A stretch of DNA of 32,000 bases. Source: Promethearchaeota archaeon. GTDB taxonomy: Archaea > Asgardarchaeota > Hermodarchaeia > Hermodarchaeales > Hermodarchaeaceae. The notes under the pieces are model-generated. The model worked only from the letters and a program-made list of their open reading frames with translations, was not told the DNA's origin and did not search any database. Both the position numbers and the translations under genes were made by a program. Where the stretch lies: contig JBHLMI010000014.1 in assembly GCA_048938295.1 (NCBI GenBank), positions 1 through 32,000 on the forward strand, given 5' to 3'. Shown piece after piece: positions 15,191-23,700 of this stretch. Within the stretch, counting starts at the first letter, position 1. Every line of letters starts with the position of its first letter.

Positions 15191-17023
15191 ATGAAAGGCT
15201 GGACTGGACAGCTCTTACGCATTAATCTAACAACTAAAAAGGCAGCCCCTGAAGCGTATTCAAAAGATTTTGCCCTACAATTTGTGGGAGGGCGTGGCTT
15301 CGCTGCTAAAATCCTTTGGGATGAAGTGCCACGGGGAACCGATCCCTTATCGCCTGGCAACAAGTTCATTGCCGCAGTGGGACCTCTTTCGGGACTTTCA
15401 ATGCCGAATGTTGGAAAGACTGTCGTTGCCGCTAAGAGCCCCTTAACAGGTATGTACGGAGATGGTAATTTGGGAACCCACTTTGGGTCTCAACTCCGTC
15501 GATCAGGCTTTGACTTGGTTGTCGTTGAAGGAAAGGCAGAAAATCCCTGTTATGTTCTCATTGAAGATGAAGAGGTTAGTATCCTTGACGCAGATCACCT
15601 CTGGGGAATGGGCGCTTTTGAAGCGGAACAGAAACTGGAGGATAAGCATGGCAAAAACATCGGCACCCTCATGATTGGTCAAGGTGGCGAAAATCTTGTG
15701 AAATACGCCGTGGTTCGGTCAATGATGGGTCGTGCTGGTGGACGTCCTGGGATGGGTGCGGTTATGGGCTCAAAGAACCTGAAAGCCCTGGTCGCAAAGG
15801 GCAGCAAAACCCCGGAAATTGCAGACATTGCCACGTTTCGGCAACTTGGTCGTGACGGGTTCAAGGACATCCGAGAAAAACCCAACTATGACGAGTGGAT
15901 GTCCCAAGGAACCATGTTGATTCATACGTGGTGTCAAGAATACAGTGTTCTCCCCAGTTACAACTTCAAGGAGGGTCAATTTGAACACGCTAAAGCCCTC
16001 AATGGCGACACGATGGAGACAATGAAAGAGAAGACGCATGGTTGTCCCTCTTGTACAATGCAGTGTGGCCACTGTATCAGAGATTCTGAAGGGAAAACTG
16101 CTGAATTGGACTATGAGAATGTGGCCCTGCTCGGATCCAATATTGGGTTGCGTGACTTACGGGAAGTTGCGACACTAAATCGGTTAGCTGATGAATATGG
16201 CCTCGACACGATTTCCCTTGGTAACACTATTGGTTTTGCTATGGAGGCGTCTGAAAAAGGCATGCTCAAAGAGAAACTCGATTGGGGAGACTACCAAGCG
16301 ACTAGGGAGCTAATCCAAGACATTGCTTTTCGCAAAGGCTCTTTAGGTTCGATACTTGCAGAGGGCACACGTCACGTTGCGAAAAAACTTGGTAATGGTG
16401 CCATGGACTTCGCTATGCAAATCAAAGGACTCGAAGTGTCTGGATATGATTGTCATGCTGCTCCGGGGATGGCTCTCGCATTCGGGGTCTGCTCCATTGG
16501 GGCACACCATAAGGAGAGTTGGATTATTACCTACGAAGTAGATGTCGGGCGTGAAACCTACGATGAAGGTAAGGTAGATAAAGTCATTGAATTACAGCGG
16601 ATTCGTGGTGGGATGTTTGAACAACTAGTTAGTTGTCGCTTTCCTTGGATTGAAGTTGGCTTCGACCTTGGGTGGTATCCGAAATACTTCACCGCTGCAA
16701 CCGGATTGAAATGGAAACTTGATGATTTCTGGAACCTTGCCGATCGAGTCTATTCGTTAGTGCGTGCTTACGCCGTGCGTGAATACAATGGAGAATGGGA
16801 TCGAACGATGGATCACCCTCCAGCCAGATGGTTCGAGCATCCCCTATCATGTGGACCATTGACAGGTGCAACGCTTGACCAAGACGGCTATGAAAAGATG
16901 CTTTCATGGTACTATCAAAAGCGGGGCTGGGATGAGCGGGGAATCCCTACGAAGAAACGATTAACTGAGCAAGGATTAAACTGGGTAATACCCGAGCTTG
17001 AAAGGGTAACGACCCTAGAATAA
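15191..17023 (+). CDS. aor: Tungsten-dependent aldehyde:ferredoxin oxidoreductase family protein
   Basis: GGRGFAAKIL, AAKSPLTG, GRAGGRPGMGAVMGSKNLKA, CPSCTMQC, DEYGLDTISLG, YYQKRGWD. ATG 15191 after GGTG preferred over GTG 15182. Confidence 0.92.
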   Translation: MKGWTGQLLRINLTTKKAAPEAYSKDFALQFVGGRGFAAKILWDEVPRGTDPLSPGNKFIAAVGPLSGLSMPNVGKTVVAAKSPLTGMYGDGNLGTHFGSQLRRSGFDLVVVEGKAENPCYVLIEDEEVSILDADHLWGMGAFEAEQKLEDKHGKNIGTLMIGQGGENLVKYAVVRSMMGRAGGRPGMGAVMGSKNLKALVAKGSKTPEIADIATFRQLGRDGFKDIREKPNYDEWMSQGTMLIHTWCQEYSVLPSYNFKEGQFEHAKALNGDTMETMKEKTHGCPSCTMQCGHCIRDSEGKTAELDYENVALLGSNIGLRDLREVATLNRLADEYGLDTISLGNTIGFAMEASEKGMLKEKLDWGDYQATRELIQDIAFRKGSLGSILAEGTRHVAKKLGNGAMDFAMQIKGLEVSGYDCHAAPGMALAFGVCSIGAHHKESWIITYEVDVGRETYDEGKVDKVIELQRIRGGMFEQLVSCRFPWIEVGFDLGWYPKYFTAATGLKWKLDDFWNLADRVYSLVRAYAVREYNGEWDRTMDHPPARWFEHPLSCGPLTGATLDQDGYEKMLSWYYQKRGWDERGIPTKKRLTEQGLNWVIPELERVTTLE

Positions 17024-17047
17024 CATCCATATTTGAGAGACGAAGCA

Positions 17048-17605
17048 CTAGTCCATCTTATCGGTAAATAGGATCCGGAAGACACACTGGGGATCACCCT
17101 GTAAGCGTCCTGCGATTTGTGTAACTCGAGCGACATAGGGGATTTTGAGGTTATCAATCCAATGTTGTAAGAGTCCTTCCAGCATACCTGAAACTATCTC
17201 ACAGTAGCGTAAATCCATTTCCGCCTCAAAGGTGTCTTGCGAGCAGATGGGACACGATTCTGTGCGAAGAAGCAGTGTTCGATCATCTGTGAATTCTAAT
17301 GAATCAGGAGGTTTTCCGGTTGCCAGTTTCCAATTACGTCCGAGATACTCGTCGACTCTATTTAGGAAAAGATCTGGTGAATTAGGGAAGAAGCCTTCCT
17401 GCGGTTCACCATATCGGCTGACGAGTCCTAGGAGGAGTGGAGTTGTCATAGTCTTTCCAAGGGAATGAAGGGCAGCCTCAATGGCGGTGGGATTTCCGGC
17501 ATGTTCAACGGATAAGGCTTCAACTAGACGCAGATAGAAGATAGGCATTAGTGGACCGGAGAAGAGGGGGGGTTTATGTTCGGGAGTAGTTTCATTAGGT
17601 GTCAT
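17048..17605 (-). CDS. V4R (4-vinyl reductase) domain protein
   Basis: LHSLGKTM...; SCPIC; RYCEIVSGMLEGLL; GDPQCVFRI; SD GAGGA. Confidence 0.75.
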   Translation of the reverse strand: MTPNETTPEHKPPLFSGPLMPIFYLRLVEALSVEHAGNPTAIEAALHSLGKTMTTPLLLGLVSRYGEPQEGFFPNSPDLFLNRVDEYLGRNWKLATGKPPDSLEFTDDRTLLLRTESCPICSQDTFEAEMDLRYCEIVSGMLEGLLQHWIDNLKIPYVARVTQIAGRLQGDPQCVFRILFTDKMD

Positions 17606-17643
17606 ACCGTTTTCCTCTGGATAGTTGGATTTAGTTCCTCCTT

Positions 17644-18888
17644 TCAGTCATCGTCAGCAGATTCTTCTTCAGCAGATTCTTCTTTAGCTGGTTTGCCCGT
17701 AATAGCAGCTTTCACTTTCTCCTTGCGAGAAACCTTTGCAGGAGCTCGTTCACGTAGCTGTCTTTCGGCTTCAGCCAGAGAGCCCATGGGAATTGTTGAA
17801 GGTAATGTGGGTGCTTGTCCCGTTAATTGAGCGATTTCAACTGATTTCTCAGCCCAAAGTACTTGTGCGGGGTGAACTCCAGCTACACGCCAATAGAAGA
17901 AACGATCCCACAATTTTTCTTCAATAGATAAAACGCCAGCGGAAAGTGAAACGAGGTTCAAGCCAAGCCGGTTAAAAGCCTTGGCCACAATTTTGCGTAC
18001 TTCATCACGGATTTCGGCTTCATCACGTAGTGCGCTCATGAAATCGTGTTCTGAGAACTTATCGCGCATCACATTATCAATAAGCGTTTTAAGATACTCG
18101 ACGAGTTCTTGGGAGTTCATTGGAATTCTTTGTTCATGAAGTGTGGAAATCAGTTCCCGGGCATCTTCTACATCAAAGGCGAAGAGCAACCCATAAGGTT
18201 CTTGGAGGCGAATTGACCGATTGAACACGGTCCTAGCTTCTTTACCTTCTCCAGTTGTCACCGGAACATCAAATTCTTCGCGACGCCAAGATTTTCCAGT
18301 CCAAGTAAGTCGAGCTAAATCAGAAGTCTGAGTTACGCCAGTATTGGCATATACATGAACCCGACCCGTATAGATGTAGACAATATTGGCTTTGAACCCT
18401 TGACCCCGCCATCCAGTTTTAATTAAAGGTGAGGGAAATGTTTCAATGGAATAGGGTGTCTCACTGGGTTCCCAGACTTCGTATACTTTAAACTCTCGAC
18501 TACCATCGTTGAATTCCTCTCCATACGCACAACATAGCCAGTCTGGAGGAACGTAGACCTTCGCGTCTTTTTCGAGGATTTCGATTTGTTCCATGTCTCG
18601 TTCCAAATCTGGCGGATGGTAGATGAACTGGGGGAGACGGGCATCCGATTCTTGGATTTCGGTTCCCGAGGGGAGTTTTCGAACAATGGTGTTTCCTGTT
18701 GTGAACCCACCAAAGGCTGCAAGCCTGGTCAGACGCCGTATTGCCCGGATTGCTTGGGCACCCCGATCCTTGTGAGGGGCTTGAATCATTTGCGTCCAAT
18801 AATTTTGACTACCCAAATCTCCGATTGGAATACTGGGATGAGGACCCAGTTGTGGGTCCGGTGCCATTAAACAGATGGTTTTTGCCAC
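17644..18888 (-). CDS. SPFH/band-7 domain protein of the soluble YdjI-like type
   Basis: AKVYVPPDW...TFPSPLIKTGWRGQGFKANIVYIY resembles YdjI-type FKAEVYFV. The SPFH core ends EIRDEVRKIVAKAFNRLGLNLVSLS. No TM helix; GTG start with SD AGGAGG; acidic tail. Confidence 0.6.
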   Translation of the reverse strand: MAKTICLMAPDPQLGPHPSIPIGDLGSQNYWTQMIQAPHKDRGAQAIRAIRRLTRLAAFGGFTTGNTIVRKLPSGTEIQESDARLPQFIYHPPDLERDMEQIEILEKDAKVYVPPDWLCCAYGEEFNDGSREFKVYEVWEPSETPYSIETFPSPLIKTGWRGQGFKANIVYIYTGRVHVYANTGVTQTSDLARLTWTGKSWRREEFDVPVTTGEGKEARTVFNRSIRLQEPYGLLFAFDVEDARELISTLHEQRIPMNSQELVEYLKTLIDNVMRDKFSEHDFMSALRDEAEIRDEVRKIVAKAFNRLGLNLVSLSAGVLSIEEKLWDRFFYWRVAGVHPAQVLWAEKSVEIAQLTGQAPTLPSTIPMGSLAEAERQLRERAPAKVSRKEKVKAAITGKPAKEESAEEESADDD

Positions 18889-18950
18889 GATGAAAGCCTC
18901 CTTCTAATATTTGCGAATACTTCTAGCTTCAAATAACTATTGGTGGATGG

Positions 18951-19805
18951 TTAAAACCCAGTTATTTCATAGCGGTCACCAAGCCGCTCTGCCTTTGCCT
19001 CTTCTTTGCTCCGCCATTCTTCAATGAATTGCTGCATCTTCTGTTGGATTGCTAAATTGCCTGATTGGGCAATCCAATCCATTGAGATATGGACATGATC
19101 TTCTCGCAGCACGATGGTACGGGCTACCGCATCATAATAGCCTCCCTGCCCTTTCGTCCCAAGGTACGATACAAACATGGTGAATAATTTCTGCGCCTTG
19201 TTGTTATAACTTTGAAGCATGCTTTCGGGAACAAGGGGGATTTGTCTGATGATGCGTTTTCCGATGAGATCGTAGATGGCAATTTCTTTGGTCTTTTCGT
19301 GTTTGACCCCACTTTCAAGGAGCGTATAGAAGTCTATGGGCCCGGTAAAACAGCTCTTAAAGAACTCATGGCTTGTACGTTGAAAATCAAGGAGTTCGCC
19401 TGTAGCTTTGACATAAACAATCTCTTGAACACCATCGGAACGTTCCACTGCCAAGTTGATGTGTTTTTTCCATTTGGTATAACCTTGGGGATTTTCCTGC
19501 AGTTCAGGAAGAAATATGAGGGGTACATTGAAGAAGACCTTGCTATGTTTTAGGGCCTTTTCTAGCTCTCCCTTGTATGGTTCAGTAGGTGAGAGCCCTT
19601 CAACTTCTGCTACAAATGCGGCGCGATAGCTTGTTAATATAAAATGGCCATCCTGCCCCTTCACCATAAGGGGGTCGGTCCCAGCCCGAACGCCCTTAGC
19701 GATTTTGGCTTTAGCCACCAAGAGCAAGGTTTCGTCAGCCTTGGGGAGGATGCTCTTGGCGATGGTCAGTTTTTCGGTTGGTTCAAGTTCCCAAGTCAAT
19801 GCCAT
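18951..19805 (-). CDS. Hypothetical protein with an N-terminal PH/GRAM-like domain
   Basis: DETLLLVAK...DGHFILTSYRAAFV...FNVPLIFLPEL fits the PH-superfamily G-x-h-x-LT-x-x-R-h-h-F ... hPL pattern. ATG 19805 after AGGAAGG. Confidence 0.6.
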   Translation of the reverse strand: MALTWELEPTEKLTIAKSILPKADETLLLVAKAKIAKGVRAGTDPLMVKGQDGHFILTSYRAAFVAEVEGLSPTEPYKGELEKALKHSKVFFNVPLIFLPELQENPQGYTKWKKHINLAVERSDGVQEIVYVKATGELLDFQRTSHEFFKSCFTGPIDFYTLLESGVKHEKTKEIAIYDLIGKRIIRQIPLVPESMLQSYNNKAQKLFTMFVSYLGTKGQGGYYDAVARTIVLREDHVHISMDWIAQSGNLAIQQKMQQFIEEWRSKEEAKAERLGDRYEITGF

Positions 19806-19849
19806 TGACCTTCCTGTTTTCAATCTATTATAGAATCTGGATTATTTGA

Positions 19850-22000
19850 TTATTGTCCTAGAAAACGGGTGGCGAATTCAGTAAACTGCGCCATGGTTTC
19901 CTTGGTGATGCTGGGTTTTGTGGCTGTGATGGCTTCTTGGAAGTGTGACATACTTACACGTGACGCTTCCAAGTTCTTGCGTAAAACTGCAAGAACTGCC
20001 TTTCGACACACATTCTGGATATCTGCACCCGAATAGCCTTCTGTAACTGAGGCAAGTTGATCGAGTCTTACATCATCGGCAAGAGGCATATTGCGAGTGT
20101 GAACAGCGAAAATAGCCTGTCGAGTCATCTGATTGGGAGGAGGAGTAAAGATGAAGATATCAAATCGACCAGGTCGTAGCAGAGCAATATCAATCATATC
20201 CGGACGGTTGGTGGCAGCTAACACTACAACGCTTTCAAGTGCTTCCATGCCATCCATTTCGACTAAGAGTTGGTTTACAATCCGTTCGCTTACACGGCTA
20301 TCGTATCCTGATCCTCGGCGTGGAGCAATATTGTCGAGTTCATCGATGAAGAGAACAGAAGGAGCGGCTTGGCGGGCACGGCGGAAGATTTCAGCGATGA
20401 TTTTTTCGGATTCACCAACCCATTTACTCATTACTTCAGCGCCACGAATACTGATGAAATTCGCCTGGCTTTCCGTAGCAACAGCTTTTGCTAGAAGAGT
20501 TTTTCCGGTGCCAGGGGGACCAAAGAGAAGAACCCCTGTGGGTGGTGTGATGTTGAACCGGGAAAAGATATCAGGTCGACTGATTGGCAATTCGACGGCT
20601 TCGTGAAGGGCCTGTTTAGCTTGTTCCATTCCACCAATATCATCCCAACGAACCATAGGGATTTCAACGGCAATTTCCCGTAAGGCGGATGGTTCGACAA
20701 CCTGCCGGGCCGTTTTGAAATCAGTTGCATTGACCACAATCTGGTTAATCATCTCAGGGGGAACTTGCATGTGCTGCTCTTCGATTTTTGGCAGCACACG
20801 GCGTAAAGCACTCAGAGCAGCTTCCTTGACCAAGAAGGCTAAGTCAGAACCCACAAACCCATGGGTTCCTTGAGCGATTTGGTGTAGATCCACGGAATCA
20901 TCCAAGGGAACACCCCGTGTATGGACACGAAGGATATCATACCGACCAAGTGCGTCAGGTACGGAGATATAGATTTCACGATCAAACCGTCCTGGGCGTC
21001 GAAGGGCTGGGTCAACTGCATCCAACCGGTTGGTTGCTGCGAGGACATAGACTTGGTCTCGGTCTTGGAGCCCATCCATGAGGGTCAGAAGCTGGGCAAC
21101 GATACGACTTTCCATGCCTCCTGATTCGCGTCTCGCAGCAATAGCATCGATTTCGTCAATGAAGATGATGGCCGGTTTGTTTTTCTCGGCTTCTTGAAAG
21201 GCGTCTCGAAGAAACTTTTCTGATTCACCATAATATTGGCTGACGATTTCCGGACCATTTATGGCACGGAAGAAGGCTTCGCTTTCTGTCGCAACAGTTT
21301 TTGCTAGAAGAGTTTTTCCACATCCCGGCGGTCCGTGCAGGAGCACACCGTGTGGTGGTTGAATTTTGAGTCGGGCAAAAAGTTCCGGATGGCGAATAGG
21401 CAGCTCGACGATTTCACGGATTCGTGCTATTGCGTCGTCTAACCCGCCAACATCATCGTATGTGGCTGTGGCTATCGGGGGAGTTTCTTCAGGGGCAGTT
21501 TTTTGGAGCTGAATATCAGTGTTGGTTTGGACTATCACGTTGCCGGATGGAACTGTTTTCGCCACATAGAACTTTGCTTCGCCCAGAGCAAACGCTGTAC
21601 GCCCCACTGCAATGATGATATCCTTCTTAATGGGTTTGTTAAGCAAATTTGATCTCAGTAAAGAGGTAGCAAGTTCTTGTCGGTATTCAATTTCTTCGCC
21701 TTTGAGCGGTGTTAAAACAATACTACGGGCCGGTTGCGCCTCTACGCCATGAAGGGTAACGATATCCCCGATACGAACACCTGCATTCAATCGAGTCAAT
21801 CCGTCCATTTTAATAACATTTTGACCATGAAGAGTAGAATCACGTACGGCTAGTGCCGAGACACTTTTCTTCCCCACAATTTCAAGCAACACTCCATCTG
21901 CTAGTTGTAGTTGGTCTAATACTGCTGGATCAACTCGAACTGTGAAGCGCCCAACGTCCACCGCACTCGCTTCAATCACACGCACTGATGCTACACTCAT
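19850..22000 (-). CDS. cdc48: CDC48/VCP (p97) family AAA+ ATPase
   Basis: N-domain ([15 protein letters not shown]); D1 [24 protein letters not shown]; D2 [21 protein letters not shown]. Start ATG 22000 after GGGTG; the ORF track start at 22141 overlaps the divergent gene. Confidence 0.93.
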   Translation of the reverse strand: MSVASVRVIEASAVDVGRFTVRVDPAVLDQLQLADGVLLEIVGKKSVSALAVRDSTLHGQNVIKMDGLTRLNAGVRIGDIVTLHGVEAQPARSIVLTPLKGEEIEYRQELATSLLRSNLLNKPIKKDIIIAVGRTAFALGEAKFYVAKTVPSGNVIVQTNTDIQLQKTAPEETPPIATATYDDVGGLDDAIARIREIVELPIRHPELFARLKIQPPHGVLLHGPPGCGKTLLAKTVATESEAFFRAINGPEIVSQYYGESEKFLRDAFQEAEKNKPAIIFIDEIDAIAARRESGGMESRIVAQLLTLMDGLQDRDQVYVLAATNRLDAVDPALRRPGRFDREIYISVPDALGRYDILRVHTRGVPLDDSVDLHQIAQGTHGFVGSDLAFLVKEAALSALRRVLPKIEEQHMQVPPEMINQIVVNATDFKTARQVVEPSALREIAVEIPMVRWDDIGGMEQAKQALHEAVELPISRPDIFSRFNITPPTGVLLFGPPGTGKTLLAKAVATESQANFISIRGAEVMSKWVGESEKIIAEIFRRARQAAPSVLFIDELDNIAPRRGSGYDSRVSERIVNQLLVEMDGMEALESVVVLAATNRPDMIDIALLRPGRFDIFIFTPPPNQMTRQAIFAVHTRNMPLADDVRLDQLASVTEGYSGADIQNVCRKAVLAVLRKNLEASRVSMSHFQEAITATKPSITKETMAQFTEFATRFLGQ

Positions 22001-22088
22001 GGCTATACACCCACTATGACTCAACAGATGGGGACTCGTTATTACCCTCGCGAGTAGGATATTTAACTCCGGCGCCTGATAGGAGAAT

Positions 22089-22979
22089 ATGGGTCGAATA
22101 GCTATGACGTCCCCAAAGCCACCTACTATCCATTTTGACACGGGTCATAATGAGGAGCTTGCTCTCGATGAACCAGAATTAACCGAGTTGGTGCGCTTAC
22201 TCAAACTTAACGGGATGCAACCGGTATCTTTGACCACACCCCTTACACCCGAAGCCCTTACAAAATGTAAGGTTGTGGTACTAGGAAATCCTTTGGATTC
22301 TCTATTTACTTCAGATGAAGTTTCGGCTCTCGTTTCCTTTGTAGAAGCCGGTGGAGGACTCCTCATAGTAAGTGGTGCAACGATTTTTGGGAAAGGAGGG
22401 GATGTCGCACGAAAGACAAATCTCAATAAACTCGCAAAGCATTTTCAATTTGAGTTTGCAACCAAAGCCCTTGCACAGCCAGCAGATATTTCCGATGAGG
22501 TGATCAAGGCCGTTCCTGCACACGATCACCCTATACTAGCTGGGATTGGGCCGCTATTCCTGGCATCAGGAGTCAGCCTGCTTTCAGAAGATACAAAAAC
22601 CCATCTTTTCCGAGCTGCAAATATTCCAGGTTCACCAACTGTTGCCATTATCACCGAGAAGAAGGAAGGACGCGTAATTGCCTTCGGTGGTGGAACTTTC
22701 TTCTTCAACGATTATATCCAGTTAAGTAACCATGAACGCCTTCTTGTCCAGATTTTCCGATGGCTCTCAGGCGCCCCTTTGAGCCTCCCACTCCAAGGGC
22801 TTTCTCCCCCACGAATCATCCTAGATGAAGCATCTGCTACGGAAGTCATCGCTGATTTAAGACGGCAACTGGATAAAATAGAGACAGAACTGTCCAGCCT
22901 CAAAGAAGTTATTAATTCCAGCGTCAAGGAAATGGAAAAACTCGTGCGTCAATTTCAAGACGAAGAAAAGGAGACCTAG
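22089..22979 (+). CDS. GldG/IFT52 (GIFT)/DUF4350-like domain protein with a C-terminal coiled coil
   Basis: IHFDTGHNE...VVVLGNPLDSLFTSDEVSALVSFVEAGGGLLIV...NLNKLAKHF; coiled coil LRRQLDKIETELSSLKEVI. Alternative start ATG 22104. Confidence 0.65.
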   Translation: MGRIAMTSPKPPTIHFDTGHNEELALDEPELTELVRLLKLNGMQPVSLTTPLTPEALTKCKVVVLGNPLDSLFTSDEVSALVSFVEAGGGLLIVSGATIFGKGGDVARKTNLNKLAKHFQFEFATKALAQPADISDEVIKAVPAHDHPILAGIGPLFLASGVSLLSEDTKTHLFRAANIPGSPTVAIITEKKEGRVIAFGGGTFFFNDYIQLSNHERLLVQIFRWLSGAPLSLPLQGLSPPRIILDEASATEVIADLRRQLDKIETELSSLKEVINSSVKEMEKLVRQFQDEEKET

Positions 22980-23638
22980 TCTTTTGGGGTAACTAGCTGT
23001 TCAATTCGTAAATGGCGTTCTAACTGTACGGCTTGAAGGTGCTGTAGTCTAAAGTAGTCTAGCATCACCCGGAATACGGGTTGTTGGAGTTCTTTGGCAA
23101 TATCTTCAATTGACCGGTTTCCGTCAATGGCTTCGAGGAAGGGATGCAATTCCTCGGGTGCTTGACTCTTGGGAACAGTATGAATACGGATCGGAATATA
23201 TCGTTCTGAAACCGCATAAGGTCGAAACAGCAGATCGATTTGTGGTGCAATATCACGAAAGTGGCTTAAATCACCTAGCCAGTTCTCTAATAGCTCGCCA
23301 TGTTGGCGCTCCATGATGTTAATCAGGGTCCGCATACGATCACGGATGGCAGGTAGGTCATCAGTGGAGAAGACTGCAACATAGATGTTTTTTCCATATT
23401 CTAAAAGGATTTTAACATCTTCACGGTCAATAACACGGAGGCGCCCATCTTCACGTTCAAGAGTCCGTAATTTTTGTCCATTCTCGGAAATACGACCAAC
23501 CAAGTCAGAAAGAAACATACTTATCGCTGAGAGAAATCCAGTGACTAAATCAGGCTCCATGTTTTCGATTTGGAAGTCCTTTTGGAGTAACGTTCGTCCA
23601 TCTCGATAGACAACATAGAGACTATACAGTTGGGCCAT
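22976..23638 (-). CDS. Longin-like domain plus C-terminal winged helix (NPRL2-like architecture)
   Basis: LYSLYVVYRDGRTLL...EPDLVTGFLSAISMF (Asgard-type longin) followed by YIPI...FLEAIDGNRSIEDIAKEL (wHTH). Confidence 0.7.
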   Translation of the reverse strand: MAQLYSLYVVYRDGRTLLQKDFQIENMEPDLVTGFLSAISMFLSDLVGRISENGQKLRTLEREDGRLRVIDREDVKILLEYGKNIYVAVFSTDDLPAIRDRMRTLINIMERQHGELLENWLGDLSHFRDIAPQIDLLFRPYAVSERYIPIRIHTVPKSQAPEELHPFLEAIDGNRSIEDIAKELQQPVFRVMLDYFRLQHLQAVQLERHLRIEQLVTPKD

Positions 23639-23700
23639 CTGAACTCAACCTTAAATGATAGTTCACTGAAGACGCGAAGAGAGAAAAGCTTTCCGAGACC

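Noticed and set aside
22001-22141. N-terminal extension of CDC48 in the ORF track
   Set aside because: It overlaps the divergent gene. Homology and the SD point to ATG 22000.
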